Shown: piece after piece, positions 9,105-18,315 of the stretch | Numbering within the stretch: position 1 is the first letter of the stretch | How the letters are laid out: every line of letters starts with the position of its first letter | Assembly: GCA_041166385.1 (NCBI GenBank) | Contig: JBEEFW010000021.1 | Coordinates: forward strand, 32,185-96,184 | Source: Acidimicrobiaceae bacterium | GTDB lineage: Bacteria > Actinomycetota > Acidimicrobiia > Acidimicrobiales > JACDCH01 | DNA length: 64,000 nucleotides | Direction of reading: 5' to 3' | Translations under genes and position numbers: made by a program | Notes under the pieces: model-generated | Told to the model about the DNA's origin: nothing | The model's input: only the letters and a program-made list of their open reading frames with translations | Databases searched by the model: none

Positions 9105-10216
9105 CAGCGCAACGCCGCGATCGACGCTCGCAACTCGGCGGCGACGTCGATCGAGACGTGCTGCCGGTCGCGAACGACCGTTCGACCCCCGACCTCGACC
9201 TCGACCACGTCGGCCGCGGTAGCCGCCGCGACGATCATGGGCACCGGGTCGTCTGGATCGAAGCCCGCGAGCCGCACGCTGTCGAGATCGATCGCGCACC
9301 GGTCGACGGTGCCCGTCGCGGTGGCCAGGAGGTCGTGTGGCTGGTGCAGGCCCCGCCGCCCGGTCACGAGTCGCTCGTCGAGCTCGATGGCGCGCGCCTC
9401 CTCGAACAGATCGACGACCGCATGCGAGTCCGTGCCGACGCGCAGCACGCAACCGGCGTCCGCCAATGCCGCCGCCGGTCCCACACCGTCGCCCAAGTCG
9501 CGCTCGGTCGTCGGGCACAAGCACACCGATGTGCCAGTCGTCCCCAACAAGGTGATGTCGTCTGCCGTGACGTGCGTGCAGTGCACCGCCGTCGTCGATT
9601 GCCCGAGCACGCCACACTCGTACGCAAGTTGCGTGGGCGTACGACCGGTGGCGGCCACGCATGCCTCGTTCTCGGCCGGCTGCTCGGAGAGATGGATGTG
9701 CAGCGGCACGCCTCGCCGCTGTGCCCATGTCGCGACGAACGCCATCGACGCGGCGTCGACGGCACGCACACTGTGGATGGCCGCACCGACGACGACGTCG
9801 GGGTTGGCGGCCGCCACCTTCTCGGCGCGCGCCGCCCAACGTTCAGCGTCGCCGTCCGAGAATCGCTGCTGCACAGGATCGAGGTCAGCGCCGTCGAACC
9901 CTGCCCGCAAGTAGCACGTGTCGAGCAGCACGAGCCGGATGCCCGCGCGTCGAGCGGCCTCGCAGATGGCGTCGTCCATCCCATCGGGCTGATGGAGGTA
10001 GTGGAACTCGTGCACGGTCGTGATGCCGGTGACCACCAACTCGGCGAACGAGGCCGTCGCCAGCGCGAGCAGCGAATCCGGATCGAGCCGCTCGACCAAC
10101 GAGTACATGCCGGTGCGCCACGCCCAGAAGTCGTCACCGGCGGCGCGGCCGCGCAGCGCTCGGTGAAAGGCGTGCGAATGGGTGTCGACGAGTCCCGGCA
10201 ACCAATGTGGATTCAT
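9104..10216 (-). CDS. hutF: formimidoylglutamate deiminase-like amidohydrolase (short N-terminus)
   Basis: 370 aa. It begins directly at the metal-binding segment [18 protein letters not shown] and continues collinear with HutF as I remember it (FWAWR..., HEFHYLH, HIHLSEQ, GTDSH). ATGA overlap with the hutU stop. Confidence 0.75.
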   Translation of the reverse strand: MNPHWLPGLVDTHSHAFHRALRGRAAGDDFWAWRTGMYSLVERLDPDSLLALATASFAELVVTGITTVHEFHYLHQPDGMDDAICEAARRAGIRLVLLDTCYLRAGFDGADLDPVQQRFSDGDAERWAARAEKVAAANPDVVVGAAIHSVRAVDAASMAFVATWAQRRGVPLHIHLSEQPAENEACVAATGRTPTQLAYECGVLGQSTTAVHCTHVTADDITLLGTTGTSVCLCPTTERDLGDGVGPAAALADAGCVLRVGTDSHAVVDLFEEARAIELDERLVTGRRGLHQPHDLLATATGTVDRCAIDLDSVRLAGFDPDDPVPMIVAAATAADVVEVEVGGRTVVRDRQHVSIDVAAELRASIAALR

Positions 10217-11868
10217 TGCTGCATGGGCAGGTGCATGCCGGTGTCGCGGGCGACGCGCAAGGCCTCCGGGTATCCCGCGTCCGCGTGGCGGGCCACGCCG
10301 CTGCCCGGATCGTTCGTGAGCACCCGCTCCAGCTTCTGCGCGGACAGCTCGGTGCCGTCGGCGACGACCACCATCCCGGCGTGGATGGAGCGACCGATGC
10401 CGACACCTCCGCCGTGATGGATCGACACCCAGCTCGCACCGCTCGACGTGCTCAGCAGTGCGTTGAGCAGCGGCCAGTCGGCGATGGCATCGGAGCCGTC
10501 GCGCATCGCTTCCGTCTCGCGGTATGGCGAGGCAACGGATCCGGAGTCGAGATGGTCGCGGCCAATGACGATCGGTGCCTGTACACGTCCGCTGGCGACG
10601 AGCTCGTTGAACCGCAGCCCCATCCGTTCGCGTTCGCCGTAGCCGAGCCAGCAGATGCGCGCCGGAAGTCCCTGAAACGCGACTCGGTCCGACGCGAGAC
10701 GGATCCAGCGGGCCAGCGGCTCGTTGTCGGGGAACTCCTCGAGCACGGCTTTGTCGGTGGCGCCGATGTCGGCCGGATCACCGGACAGCGCGGCCCACCG
10801 GAACGGTCCCTTGCCTTCGCAGAACAACGGGCGGATGTACGCGGGCAGGAACCCGGGATAGTCGAAGGCCCGCTCGAAGCCGCCGAGCTTGGCCTCGGGG
10901 CGCAGGCTGTTGCCGTAGTCGAAGACCTCGACGCCGCGATCGAGGAACGCCACCATGGCCTCGCAGTGCCGCGCCATCGACTCGCGCGCACGAGTGATGT
11001 ACGTGGCCGGGTCGCTCGTTCGCAGCGCCGCGGCCTCTTCCAAGGACAGCCCCGCCGGGACGTAGCTCAGGGGATCATGCGCCGAGGTCTGGTCGGTGAC
11101 GATGTCGATCGGCGCGTCGCGCGCGACGAGCGCGGGCAACACCTCCGCGGCGTTGCCGAGCAAACCGATCGACAGGGGGTGTCGGTCAGCGCGGGCTGCT
11201 TCGGCGCGGGCCAGCGCATCGTCGATGTCGTCGGCCACGACGTCGAGGTAGCGCGTCTCGACGCGGCGTTCGATCCGGTGCGGATCGACCTCCACCACGA
11301 TGGCGACACCGCCGTTCATCGTCACCGCCAGCGGCTGCGCGCCGCCCATGCCGCCGAGTCCGGCCGTGACGGTGACCGTGCCGGCCAGCGTTCCGCCGAA
11401 GCGCTTCTCGGCGATCGCCGCGAAACATTCGTACGTCCCCTGCAGGATTCCCTGTGACCCGATGTAGATCCACGACCCGGCGGTCATCTGGCCGTACATC
11501 GTGAGCCCGAGCGCTTCGAGCCGGCGGAACTCCTCCCAGTTCGCCCACTCGGGAACGAGGTTCGAGTTGGCGATGAGCACGCGTGGCGCCCACTCGTGGG
11601 TGCGGAACACGGCGACGGGTTTGCCGGATTGCACGAGCAGGGTCTCGTCGTCCTCCAAACCCCGCAGCGTCGCCACGATCGCGTCGAACGCCTCCCAGCT
11701 GCGCGCCGCTCGACCGGTCCCGCCGTAGACGACGAGGTCGTCGGGACGCTCGGCCACCTCAGGGTCGAGGTTGTTCATCAGCATGCGCAGCGCGGCCTCT
11801 TGCGCCCAGCCCTTGCAGGTGAGTTGCGACCCTCTTGGAGCCCGCACGACTCGCGCGCCGTCAGCCAA
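10213..11868 (-). CDS. hutU: urocanate hydratase
   Basis: ...[32 protein letters not shown]... and the rest are typical HutU. The start is uncertain: TTG at 11868 (8-nt overlap with the hutH stop) or GTG at 11847. Confidence 0.9.
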   Translation of the reverse strand: MADGARVVRAPRGSQLTCKGWAQEAALRMLMNNLDPEVAERPDDLVVYGGTGRAARSWEAFDAIVATLRGLEDDETLLVQSGKPVAVFRTHEWAPRVLIANSNLVPEWANWEEFRRLEALGLTMYGQMTAGSWIYIGSQGILQGTYECFAAIAEKRFGGTLAGTVTVTAGLGGMGGAQPLAVTMNGGVAIVVEVDPHRIERRVETRYLDVVADDIDDALARAEAARADRHPLSIGLLGNAAEVLPALVARDAPIDIVTDQTSAHDPLSYVPAGLSLEEAAALRTSDPATYITRARESMARHCEAMVAFLDRGVEVFDYGNSLRPEAKLGGFERAFDYPGFLPAYIRPLFCEGKGPFRWAALSGDPADIGATDKAVLEEFPDNEPLARWIRLASDRVAFQGLPARICWLGYGERERMGLRFNELVASGRVQAPIVIGRDHLDSGSVASPYRETEAMRDGSDAIADWPLLNALLSTSSGASWVSIHHGGGVGIGRSIHAGMVVVADGTELSAQKLERVLTNDPGSGVARHADAGYPEALRVARDTGMHLPMQQ

Positions 11869-13318
11869 GTGCGCCGACCTCCTGCTCGACCGCGGCGAGG
11901 AGCGTGCCCGCGGCGACGAGCTGCGCCGCCGTTTCGAGCTCAGGCGACAGCATGCGGTCGGGCCCCGGACCGGGCACACCCCCGCTGCGCAGTGCCGCTA
12001 TGGCCATGCCGGTGCCCGCGGCGGGTTGCAGTGGCGCCCGCAGATCCACCCCTCGGGCCGCGGTGACGAGTTCGATGGCCAGCACCTTCGTGAGATGGTC
12101 CAGCGCGACGCGCAGCTTGCGCGCGGCCGCCCACCCCATCGACACGTGGTCTTCTTGCATCGCGGAGGTCGGGATGCTGTCCACGCTCGCGGGCGCAGCG
12201 ATGCGCTTGCACTTCGCCACCAGCGCGGCGGCGGTGTACTGGCCGATCATCAATCCGCTGTCGACGCCCGGCTCGTGCGCCAGGAATGGGGGCAGCCCTT
12301 GACTGCGCGACGCGTCGAGGAAGCGATCGATGCGGCGCTCGCTCATCGAGGCGACATCAGCGACGACGATCGCCAGCAAGTCGCAGGCATGCGCCAGTGG
12401 GGCACCGTGGAAGTTGCCGACCGACTCCACCCGTCCGTCGGGGAGCACAACGGGATTGTCGATCGCGGACGCCAGCTCGCGATCGGCGCAGGCCTCGGCG
12501 AACGCGAGGGCATCCCGCGCCGCGCCATGGACCTGCGGCGCGCAGCGCAACGAGTACGCGTCCTGCACCCGCGTGTCGCCGGTGCGGTGCGACGCGACGA
12601 TCGGTGATCCTTCGAGCAGCTTCCGCAGGTTCGCGGCCGATACCTGTTGACCCGGGTGCGGACGCAGCACGATGAGGTCAGCCGCAAAGGCGCGGTCGGT
12701 GCCGAGTAGCCCTTCCACGCTCATGGCCGCGGCGACGTCGGCGGTGCGTAGGAGCCTCGAGAGGTCGACGCATGCGAGCACCAACATGCCGAGCATGCCG
12801 TCGGTGCCGTTGATGAGCGCGAGCCCCTCCTTGGCCTCGAGCGGCAGATCGAGCGCGGCGGCCACGTGCGCCAGCGGCGCGAGATCGCCACTGCAACCGA
12901 GCGAGCCGAACTCCGGGACGTTGGGCAGCCGCTCGTCGTCGAGCAGTGACAGCAATGCCTTCGCCAGGTCGGGCCGCGCCCCGGTGACGCCGGTGGCCAT
13001 CGTGCGCGCCCGCAGCAGGATCATCGCGCGCACGACCTCCGGCTCGACCGGAGGGCCAAGACCGGCGGCGTGCGACGCGATCAGCGACTGCTGCAGTCGG
13101 GCGCGTTGTTCCGCGGGAATGTGGGTGGTGGCGAGCCCGCCGAAGCCGGTCGAGATGCCGTAAACGGGTTCGTCCGACGCCGCCATCGCGTCGACGTGGG
13201 CGCGTGTTGCGGAAATGGTGGCGATGGCTTCGTCGGACAGCACCACGTCGGCACCGTCACGCGCCACCGCCACCACGTCGTCCCGGGTCAACCCCTGAGG
13301 ACGCAGCACGACCGACAC
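11861..13318 (-). CDS. hutH: histidine ammonia-lyase
   Basis: 485 aa with a GTG start. The MIO-region motif reads [14 protein letters not shown], i.e. Cys-Ser-Gly instead of the textbook Ala-Ser-Gly. Confidence 0.9.
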   Translation of the reverse strand: MSVVLRPQGLTRDDVVAVARDGADVVLSDEAIATISATRAHVDAMAASDEPVYGISTGFGGLATTHIPAEQRARLQQSLIASHAAGLGPPVEPEVVRAMILLRARTMATGVTGARPDLAKALLSLLDDERLPNVPEFGSLGCSGDLAPLAHVAAALDLPLEAKEGLALINGTDGMLGMLVLACVDLSRLLRTADVAAAMSVEGLLGTDRAFAADLIVLRPHPGQQVSAANLRKLLEGSPIVASHRTGDTRVQDAYSLRCAPQVHGAARDALAFAEACADRELASAIDNPVVLPDGRVESVGNFHGAPLAHACDLLAIVVADVASMSERRIDRFLDASRSQGLPPFLAHEPGVDSGLMIGQYTAAALVAKCKRIAAPASVDSIPTSAMQEDHVSMGWAAARKLRVALDHLTKVLAIELVTAARGVDLRAPLQPAAGTGMAIAALRSGGVPGPGPDRMLSPELETAAQLVAAGTLLAAVEQEVGALG

Positions 13319-13354
13319 GGTGGCGACCGTAGCCAGTCGTTGACCTCGATGTCG

Positions 13355-13648
13355 CTAGGTCTCGTCGCGCAGGACGTCGAGGTTGCGGAACAGCGGAGGC
13401 CCGTCGCAGATCTTCTGTAGCGAAGCGGCGAACTCGGCGGTCTCGGGCCGACTCGAGTTCTCCATCGCGGCCTCGTACGACGGGAACTCGACGATCTGGA
13501 GGTACGTGTTGGCGTTGTCCCGGTCTCGAGTCTGCATGCCGCGCGTGGTGGTGCGGGAGCCCTCGGTGCTCTTCAGGAATTCGTCGAGCGTCTTGTTGAA
13601 CCCGTCGATGTCCTGCGTCTTGAACTCGATGATCTGCACGAATTTCAT
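13355..13648 (-). CDS. small conserved protein, dimeric alpha/beta-barrel (ABM)-like
   Basis: 97 aa from MKFVQIIEFKT... A strong SD (GGAGGAG) lies 6 nt upstream of ATG 13648. Ends 36 nt before the hutH start. Confidence 0.7.
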   Translation of the reverse strand: MKFVQIIEFKTQDIDGFNKTLDEFLKSTEGSRTTTRGMQTRDRDNANTYLQIVEFPSYEAAMENSSRPETAEFAASLQKICDGPPLFRNLDVLRDET

Positions 13649-13688
13649 GGCCGCTCCTCCGTTGTCCACCGTTCTGGCCGCGGCCACC

Positions 13689-14387
13689 CTAGGACGATGT
13701 CGGCGTGGCTGACGGCGGGCGGAACGTCACCCCGCAGATCGTCACCTCGTGCTCGAAGTCGGTGAGCTCGACGACGGCGATGCCTTCATCGCTGGAATCG
13801 TCTGCCGGCTCGAAGCGGATGCCGTGCTCGTCGAGCGACGCGTCGAGGATGCCGGCCCACGCCCGAGCCGCGGCGTCGACGTCGACGACCCGAACGACGA
13901 GCCCGGCGAGCCGCGGCGTCGGGTGAAGGCCGGCGGGCGCGCCCTCGATCCATCGGGGTCCGGCCCAGCGCCATGACGCCGGGATGGCGGGCGTGTCGAA
14001 GGAGACGATCGCCCCGCGCACGTCGGCCGGATGCAGGTGGGTCCCCGAGATGTCCGGCAGGTCGGCCTGCCACACGACGCGCAGGCCCATTGCCGCGGCG
14101 CGTCGCCGCGTCCGCTCCGTGTCCGCGACCTGGAAGATCGCCATGTACCCGGCATCGCCGCCGCGCCGTTGGAGGTAGCGGCCGGCGGTGGTGCCGTCGA
14201 CCGCGGGCGACACCACTTCGAGGAACGTGTCGCCGATCTCGTAGACCGCGTTCGTCAGGCCGAACTCGGCGACGCCTGGGTCCACGAACGGATCGTGCAG
14301 GCCGAGCTCGTCCTCGATCCGCGCGCAGGCCGCCTCGAGATCGGCCGCCACCAGCGCGACCTGACGCAACCGCGGAAGCGCCATCAT
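13689..14387 (-). CDS. VOC (glyoxalase/bleomycin-resistance/dioxygenase) family protein
   Basis: 232 aa from MMALPRLRQVALVAADLEAA... Two-module VOC-like layout. The start overlaps the upstream lyase stop (ATGATG/TGA). Confidence 0.7.
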   Translation of the reverse strand: MMALPRLRQVALVAADLEAACARIEDELGLHDPFVDPGVAEFGLTNAVYEIGDTFLEVVSPAVDGTTAGRYLQRRGGDAGYMAIFQVADTERTRRRAAAMGLRVVWQADLPDISGTHLHPADVRGAIVSFDTPAIPASWRWAGPRWIEGAPAGLHPTPRLAGLVVRVVDVDAAARAWAGILDASLDEHGIRFEPADDSSDEGIAVVELTDFEHEVTICGVTFRPPSATPTSS

Positions 14388-15757
14388 GAGAGCGGCTCGA
14401 AGCGGGCGGTGAAGTGACGCAACGCCTTCGGTTGGTCGACGATGCGATAGCCGGGAAGGTCCTTGGCTCGCGCCGCCACGTCGATGCACACCTCGATCAC
14501 GTAGTCGATGTGGCTCTGCGTGTACGTGCGACGCGGGATGGCGAGCCGCACGAGATCGAGGTTCGCGGGGTGCTCGGTGCCATCGGGATGCAGGCCGAAC
14601 ATCACCGTCCCGATCTCGCACGCTCGAATGCCGCCGGCCTCGTACAACGCAACGGCGAGTGCTTGGCCGGGATAGTGCAGCGGCGGGATGTGCGGGAGCA
14701 GGGACCGAGCGTCGATGTACACCGCATGTCCGCCGATGGGCCGCACCACCGGTACACCCGCGGCGACGAGCGCGTCGCCGAGGTAGCCCGTCGAGCGGAT
14801 GCGATACCGCAGGTAGTCGTGGTCGACCACCTCGCGCAGACCCTGCGCGATCGCTTCGAGATCGCGGCCCGCGAGCCCGCCGTACGTCGGGAAGCCTTCA
14901 GTGAGGATGAGCAGGTTGCGGCAGCGCTCGGCGATGTCGTCGTCGTCCAGTGCGAGCCAGCCACCGATGTTCGCCAAGCCATCCTTCTTGGCACTCATCG
15001 TCATGCCGTCGGCCAGCGCCGCCATCTCTTGCACGATCTCGCGGACGCTGCGGTCGGCGTGGCCGGGCTCGCGCTCCTTGATGAACCACGCGTTCTCGGC
15101 GAACCGGCAGGCGTCGAGGAACAGCGGGATGTGGAACCGATCGCACAACGCACGCACGCCCCGCAGGTTTTCGAGCGAGACGGGCTGGCCGCCGCCGGAG
15201 TTGTTCGTGACCGTGACGAACACCACCGGGATGTCGGTGCTCCGAGCTGACAGCAACGCCTCGAGCGCGGACAGGTCCATGTTGCCCTTGAAGGGATGCA
15301 GCGCCGCAGGGTCGAGGCCCTCGGCGATCACCAGGTCGACGGCTTCGGCGCCCGTGGCTTCGACGTTCGCCCGCGTCGTGTCGAAGTGCGTGTTGTTCGG
15401 AACGATCTTCCCTGGCCCGCCGATCACGCCGAACAGGATCTTCTCGGCCGCACGACCCTGGTGTGTCGGGATCACGTGCCGGAACGGAAACAGCTCCTGC
15501 ACGCTGGCGAGGAAGCGGAACCACGACGGCGACCCGGCGTAGCTCTCGTCGCCGCGCTGGATGCCGGCCCACTGGTCGCGCGACATCGCTCCGGTGCCCG
15601 AGTCGGTGAGGAGATCGATCAGCACATCGTCCGAGTGGATGCTGAAGAGGTTGAAGCCGGCCTCGCGCAACGCGCGCTGCCGGTCCTCGATCGTCGTGAG
15701 CTTCAGCGGCTCCACGGAGTGGATCCGGAACGGCTCGATGATCGTGCGAAAGGCCAT
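14384..15757 (-). CDS. beta-eliminating lyase (tryptophanase / tyrosine phenol-lyase family)
   Basis: 457 aa from MAFRTIIEPFRIHSVEP... The PLP-lysine motif is MSAKKDGLANIGG. Collinear with the TnaA/TPL family. I cannot decide Trp versus Tyr specificity by eye. Confidence 0.9.
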   Translation of the reverse strand: MAFRTIIEPFRIHSVEPLKLTTIEDRQRALREAGFNLFSIHSDDVLIDLLTDSGTGAMSRDQWAGIQRGDESYAGSPSWFRFLASVQELFPFRHVIPTHQGRAAEKILFGVIGGPGKIVPNNTHFDTTRANVEATGAEAVDLVIAEGLDPAALHPFKGNMDLSALEALLSARSTDIPVVFVTVTNNSGGGQPVSLENLRGVRALCDRFHIPLFLDACRFAENAWFIKEREPGHADRSVREIVQEMAALADGMTMSAKKDGLANIGGWLALDDDDIAERCRNLLILTEGFPTYGGLAGRDLEAIAQGLREVVDHDYLRYRIRSTGYLGDALVAAGVPVVRPIGGHAVYIDARSLLPHIPPLHYPGQALAVALYEAGGIRACEIGTVMFGLHPDGTEHPANLDLVRLAIPRRTYTQSHIDYVIEVCIDVAARAKDLPGYRIVDQPKALRHFTARFEPLS

Positions 15758-15759
15758 CG

Positions 15760-16311
15760 CTAGCCGGGCGCGGCGGAGTTCGAGTCTTCGAACTGCTTGA
15801 GCACGCGCGCCATGTCGTACGGCTCCTCGGTCAACGTCGCCGGGTTCCACTGGCTGCGGGGTTGTTGCACGAAGTCGCCGCCGTACACGTGGAGCGCGCC
15901 GGTGTAGGAACGCAGGGGGTTCGTCACGGAGTGGATCGCGTCGTCGCCGAGCATGAGCACGTCGCGTTCACGTAGCTCCTTGCCGCCCGACTCCGCCACT
16001 GTTCCGCCGTCACGCCGGAAGAAGGCGTTGTCCTCCTGCCCGGCGTAGATCCCGATGGCCGCCCACATCCGGTGATCGTGAGGCTGGAGGCGCATGCCTG
16101 GGCCCCACACGACGTTGAGGACCGTGAGCTCGTCGGTGTTGTGGACCAGCGTGATGCCGGCGTGGTGGTGGTCGAGCGCATCAGCCACACTCGCGGCGTC
16201 CGCCACCGCTCTCGTCAGCACCTCCCGGATCGCTCGACGGGGCTCCGACTCAGTCAGCGCCTGCTGGCACTCGGTGACGAACTCTTCGACGACGAACACG
16301 GCGCCCATCAT
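15760..16311 (-). CDS. cupin-fold metalloprotein, cysteine-dioxygenase-like (COG5553-type)
   Basis: 183 aa. Motif VVWGPGMRLQPHDHRMWAAIGIYAGQEDN fits the cupin His motif of CDO-like proteins. The stop lies 2 nt before the lyase start. Confidence 0.65.
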   Translation of the reverse strand: MMGAVFVVEEFVTECQQALTESEPRRAIREVLTRAVADAASVADALDHHHAGITLVHNTDELTVLNVVWGPGMRLQPHDHRMWAAIGIYAGQEDNAFFRRDGGTVAESGGKELRERDVLMLGDDAIHSVTNPLRSYTGALHVYGGDFVQQPRSQWNPATLTEEPYDMARVLKQFEDSNSAAPG

Positions 16312-16356
16312 CGCGTCGAATGCCGGGCGCTCGCCTCCAGCCGACCGGACCAGTGG

Positions 16357-16941
16357 TCATCGGTGCTCCGCTACATGGCGCTCGAGGGCCGTGAGGTACC
16401 CCGCAATCGCGCGGCGTTGGAACTGGGTCACGACAGGAGCAGCGAGGCGCATCAGCAGGTTGCCCGGGCCCGCTTGCACGGTGATGGTCGCTCTCACCTC
16501 GCCATCTGGCCTGAGCTCGATGACGAAGCCCTCCTCGCCGCGCTCGGGATGGCCCGGCAGCGTGCCGTAGGCGAACCCGAAACGGTCACGCTCGTCCAGG
16601 ATCTGCACGACGCGATCCGGTGCGATCATCGTGAAGGGCCCGATCGGCAGTACGACCAGCACGGTGGCGCCCTGCTCGAGCGCGGCGTCAGACGGGTGGA
16701 TCTGCGCACCGATGCCACGTTGTGGCGCCCAGACGCGTAGCCCGGCAACAGCATGGGCGAAGTCCGCGTCGCCGTCGCCGACGCGTCGGTGCGCCGCCCA
16801 ACCCACGCCGCGCAATGTGATGCCGACATCGTCGTAGTTCACGGCCGCCTCGCGAGCAGCCAACAACGTGCGGTCGAGTTCGTCGCGCGAAGGACGGCCG
16901 ATCGAGACACCGAACGTCGTCAGGCGCAGCCATCCGCTCAC
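16357..16941 (-). CDS. DUF1990 domain protein
   Basis: ...FGFAYGTLPGHPERGEEGFVIE... is the characteristic DUF1990 core. The start is uncertain: GTG 16941, GTG 16908 or ATG 16968. Confidence 0.65.
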   Translation of the reverse strand: MSGWLRLTTFGVSIGRPSRDELDRTLLAAREAAVNYDDVGITLRGVGWAAHRRVGDGDADFAHAVAGLRVWAPQRGIGAQIHPSDAALEQGATVLVVLPIGPFTMIAPDRVVQILDERDRFGFAYGTLPGHPERGEEGFVIELRPDGEVRATITVQAGPGNLLMRLAAPVVTQFQRRAIAGYLTALERHVAEHR

Positions 16942-16943
16942 GA

Positions 16944-16983
16944 TTGATACGCTAACATTTGGTCTCATATTAGTCACTATGAC
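16944..16983 (+). promoter_or_regulatory. AT-rich divergent promoter/operator candidate (MerR gene / DUF1990 gene)
   Basis: This is the only AT-rich block in the neighbourhood. It contains TTGATA (16944-16949), then 16-18 nt, then CATATT/TATTAG. A small palindrome GTCA-CTA-TGAC lies at 16973-16983. Confidence 0.3.
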
Positions 16984-17023
16984 ATTCGCTACGGTGTCGC
17001 CGATGGACGAGGGCTCCACGGGT

Positions 17024-17743
17024 ATGCGCCTGGACGATCTCGCCCAGCGCTCCGGTGTGGCGTCCACGACCATTCGCCTCTACCAGACCCGCGGCTTGCT
17101 CCCGGGCCCAGCGCTCGTCGGGCGCACGGGCTACTACGACGACGGTCACCTCGTCCGGTTGCGCCTCATCAGTCGGCTGCAGGAGGACGGCTTCTCGCTG
17201 TCAGGGATCGCGCGGCTGCTCGAGAGCTGGGAGCAAGGGCTCGACCTGGCGGACGTCGTCGGCGTCGAGGAGCAACTCGACGCGTTGCTCAGGCGCCGCC
17301 ACGAAGTCGTGTTGACACCCGCCGAACTGGCCGCCCGCTTGCCGGCCGACGCAGTGAGCCCTGACATGCTGCAGCGCGCGAGCGCGCTCGGCGTGATTGC
17401 GCCGACCGACGACGGCCGCTTTCGGATTCCCGATCAGCGCTTCCTCGACATTGGCTCAGCGCTCGCCGACCTCGGCATTCCTTCCGATGTGATCCTCGAC
17501 GAGTGGGACGCGCTCGTGGCCACGACCGATGGCATCGCCGATCGCTTCATCGGGCTCTTCGAGCAGTACCTGTTGCCGTCGGACTGGCGTCGCGAACTCG
17601 ACGCCGATCGCGCCCGCGAGCTGGCCCGCACGTTGGCACGGCTGCATCAACTCGCGGCACAGGTGCTCACAACGGCACTCGACTCCTCGATCTCGAAGCT
17701 CGGTAGCCAGCGCATCGGCGAGTTGTTTCCCGAGCACGACTGA
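17024..17743 (+). CDS. MerR family transcriptional regulator
   Basis: MRLDDLAQRSGVASTTIRLYQTRGLLPGP...YYDDGHLVRLRLISRLQEDGFSLSGI is a classic MerR HTH. Alternative upstream ATGs at 16979 and 17003. Confidence 0.8.
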   Translation: MRLDDLAQRSGVASTTIRLYQTRGLLPGPALVGRTGYYDDGHLVRLRLISRLQEDGFSLSGIARLLESWEQGLDLADVVGVEEQLDALLRRRHEVVLTPAELAARLPADAVSPDMLQRASALGVIAPTDDGRFRIPDQRFLDIGSALADLGIPSDVILDEWDALVATTDGIADRFIGLFEQYLLPSDWRRELDADRARELARTLARLHQLAAQVLTTALDSSISKLGSQRIGELFPEHD

Positions 17744-18315
17744 TGCCGCAGCGCAACAGGGTCACGCCGTACGGGGACATCGTCGCGTCGCCGCTGAAGT
17801 GCGCGTGGATGGGCAACCGGGGCTGCCTTCACGAAGGCCACGACATCATGCGGCCGTGGAACGGGAAGCGTTGGATCACCTGCGCGCTCGAGTACAAGGG
17901 CTGGGTCGCGCCGAAGTGGGAGCCCGGGCGGTGGACGGCCCTGTTCTTCTACGACGAGGCCGTCGCGCTCGCCGCCGGACACCGACCGTGTGCGCTGTGC
18001 CGGCGGGCCGACTACGTGCGCTACGGCGCGGCGCTCGGGATGCGCGGCGCTGACGCCATCGACGCGCGGCTGCACGCCGATCGGCTCGACGGACGAGTCA
18101 AGCGGCTGCACAGGATGCCGTGGCGCGACCTCCCGGACGGTGCCTTCGTTGTCCAAGGCAACGCGCCCGCACTGGTGACGGCCGGCGGATTGCGACTCTG
18201 GTCCGCGGACCACGGCTACACCACGACGATCGAGCGCCCAGCCCGCGGTCACGCGGCGGTGATCACCCCGGCGACCAACGTCGCGGCGTTGCAGGCGGGT
18301 TACGTCGTCTCGTGA
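17743..18315 (+). CDS. conserved hypothetical Cys-containing protein
   Basis: 190 aa (MPQRNRVTPYGDIVA...GNRGCLH...AAGHRPCALCRR...). The ATG overlaps the MerR stop (TGATG), and its own stop overlaps the next gene's start. Confidence 0.6.
   Translation: MPQRNRVTPYGDIVASPLKCAWMGNRGCLHEGHDIMRPWNGKRWITCALEYKGWVAPKWEPGRWTALFFYDEAVALAAGHRPCALCRRADYVRYGAALGMRGADAIDARLHADRLDGRVKRLHRMPWRDLPDGAFVVQGNAPALVTAGGLRLWSADHGYTTTIERPARGHAAVITPATNVAALQAGYVVS

Noticed and set aside
7423-9839. Very long ORF-track versions of def (500 aa) and hutI (618 aa), and similar N-terminal extensions elsewhere. Examples: 3114-4247, 4025-5644, 5143-6444, 13689-14621, 19756-20919, 27292-28971, 34352-35845, 40719-42251 and 41882-43213.
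   Set aside because: The extensions are Arg/Ala/Gly/Pro-rich, low-information sequence. They overlap the well-supported upstream gene in another frame. Internal ATG, GTG or TTG starts give family-typical N-termini and neat 1-13 nt overlaps with the upstream stops.
15758-15850. A possible tnaC-like leader peptide or attenuator ahead of the tryptophanase-family gene.
   Set aside because: The upstream cupin gene ends 2 nt before the lyase start. There is no room for a leader, and the 5' extension in the ORF track is off-frame overlap.
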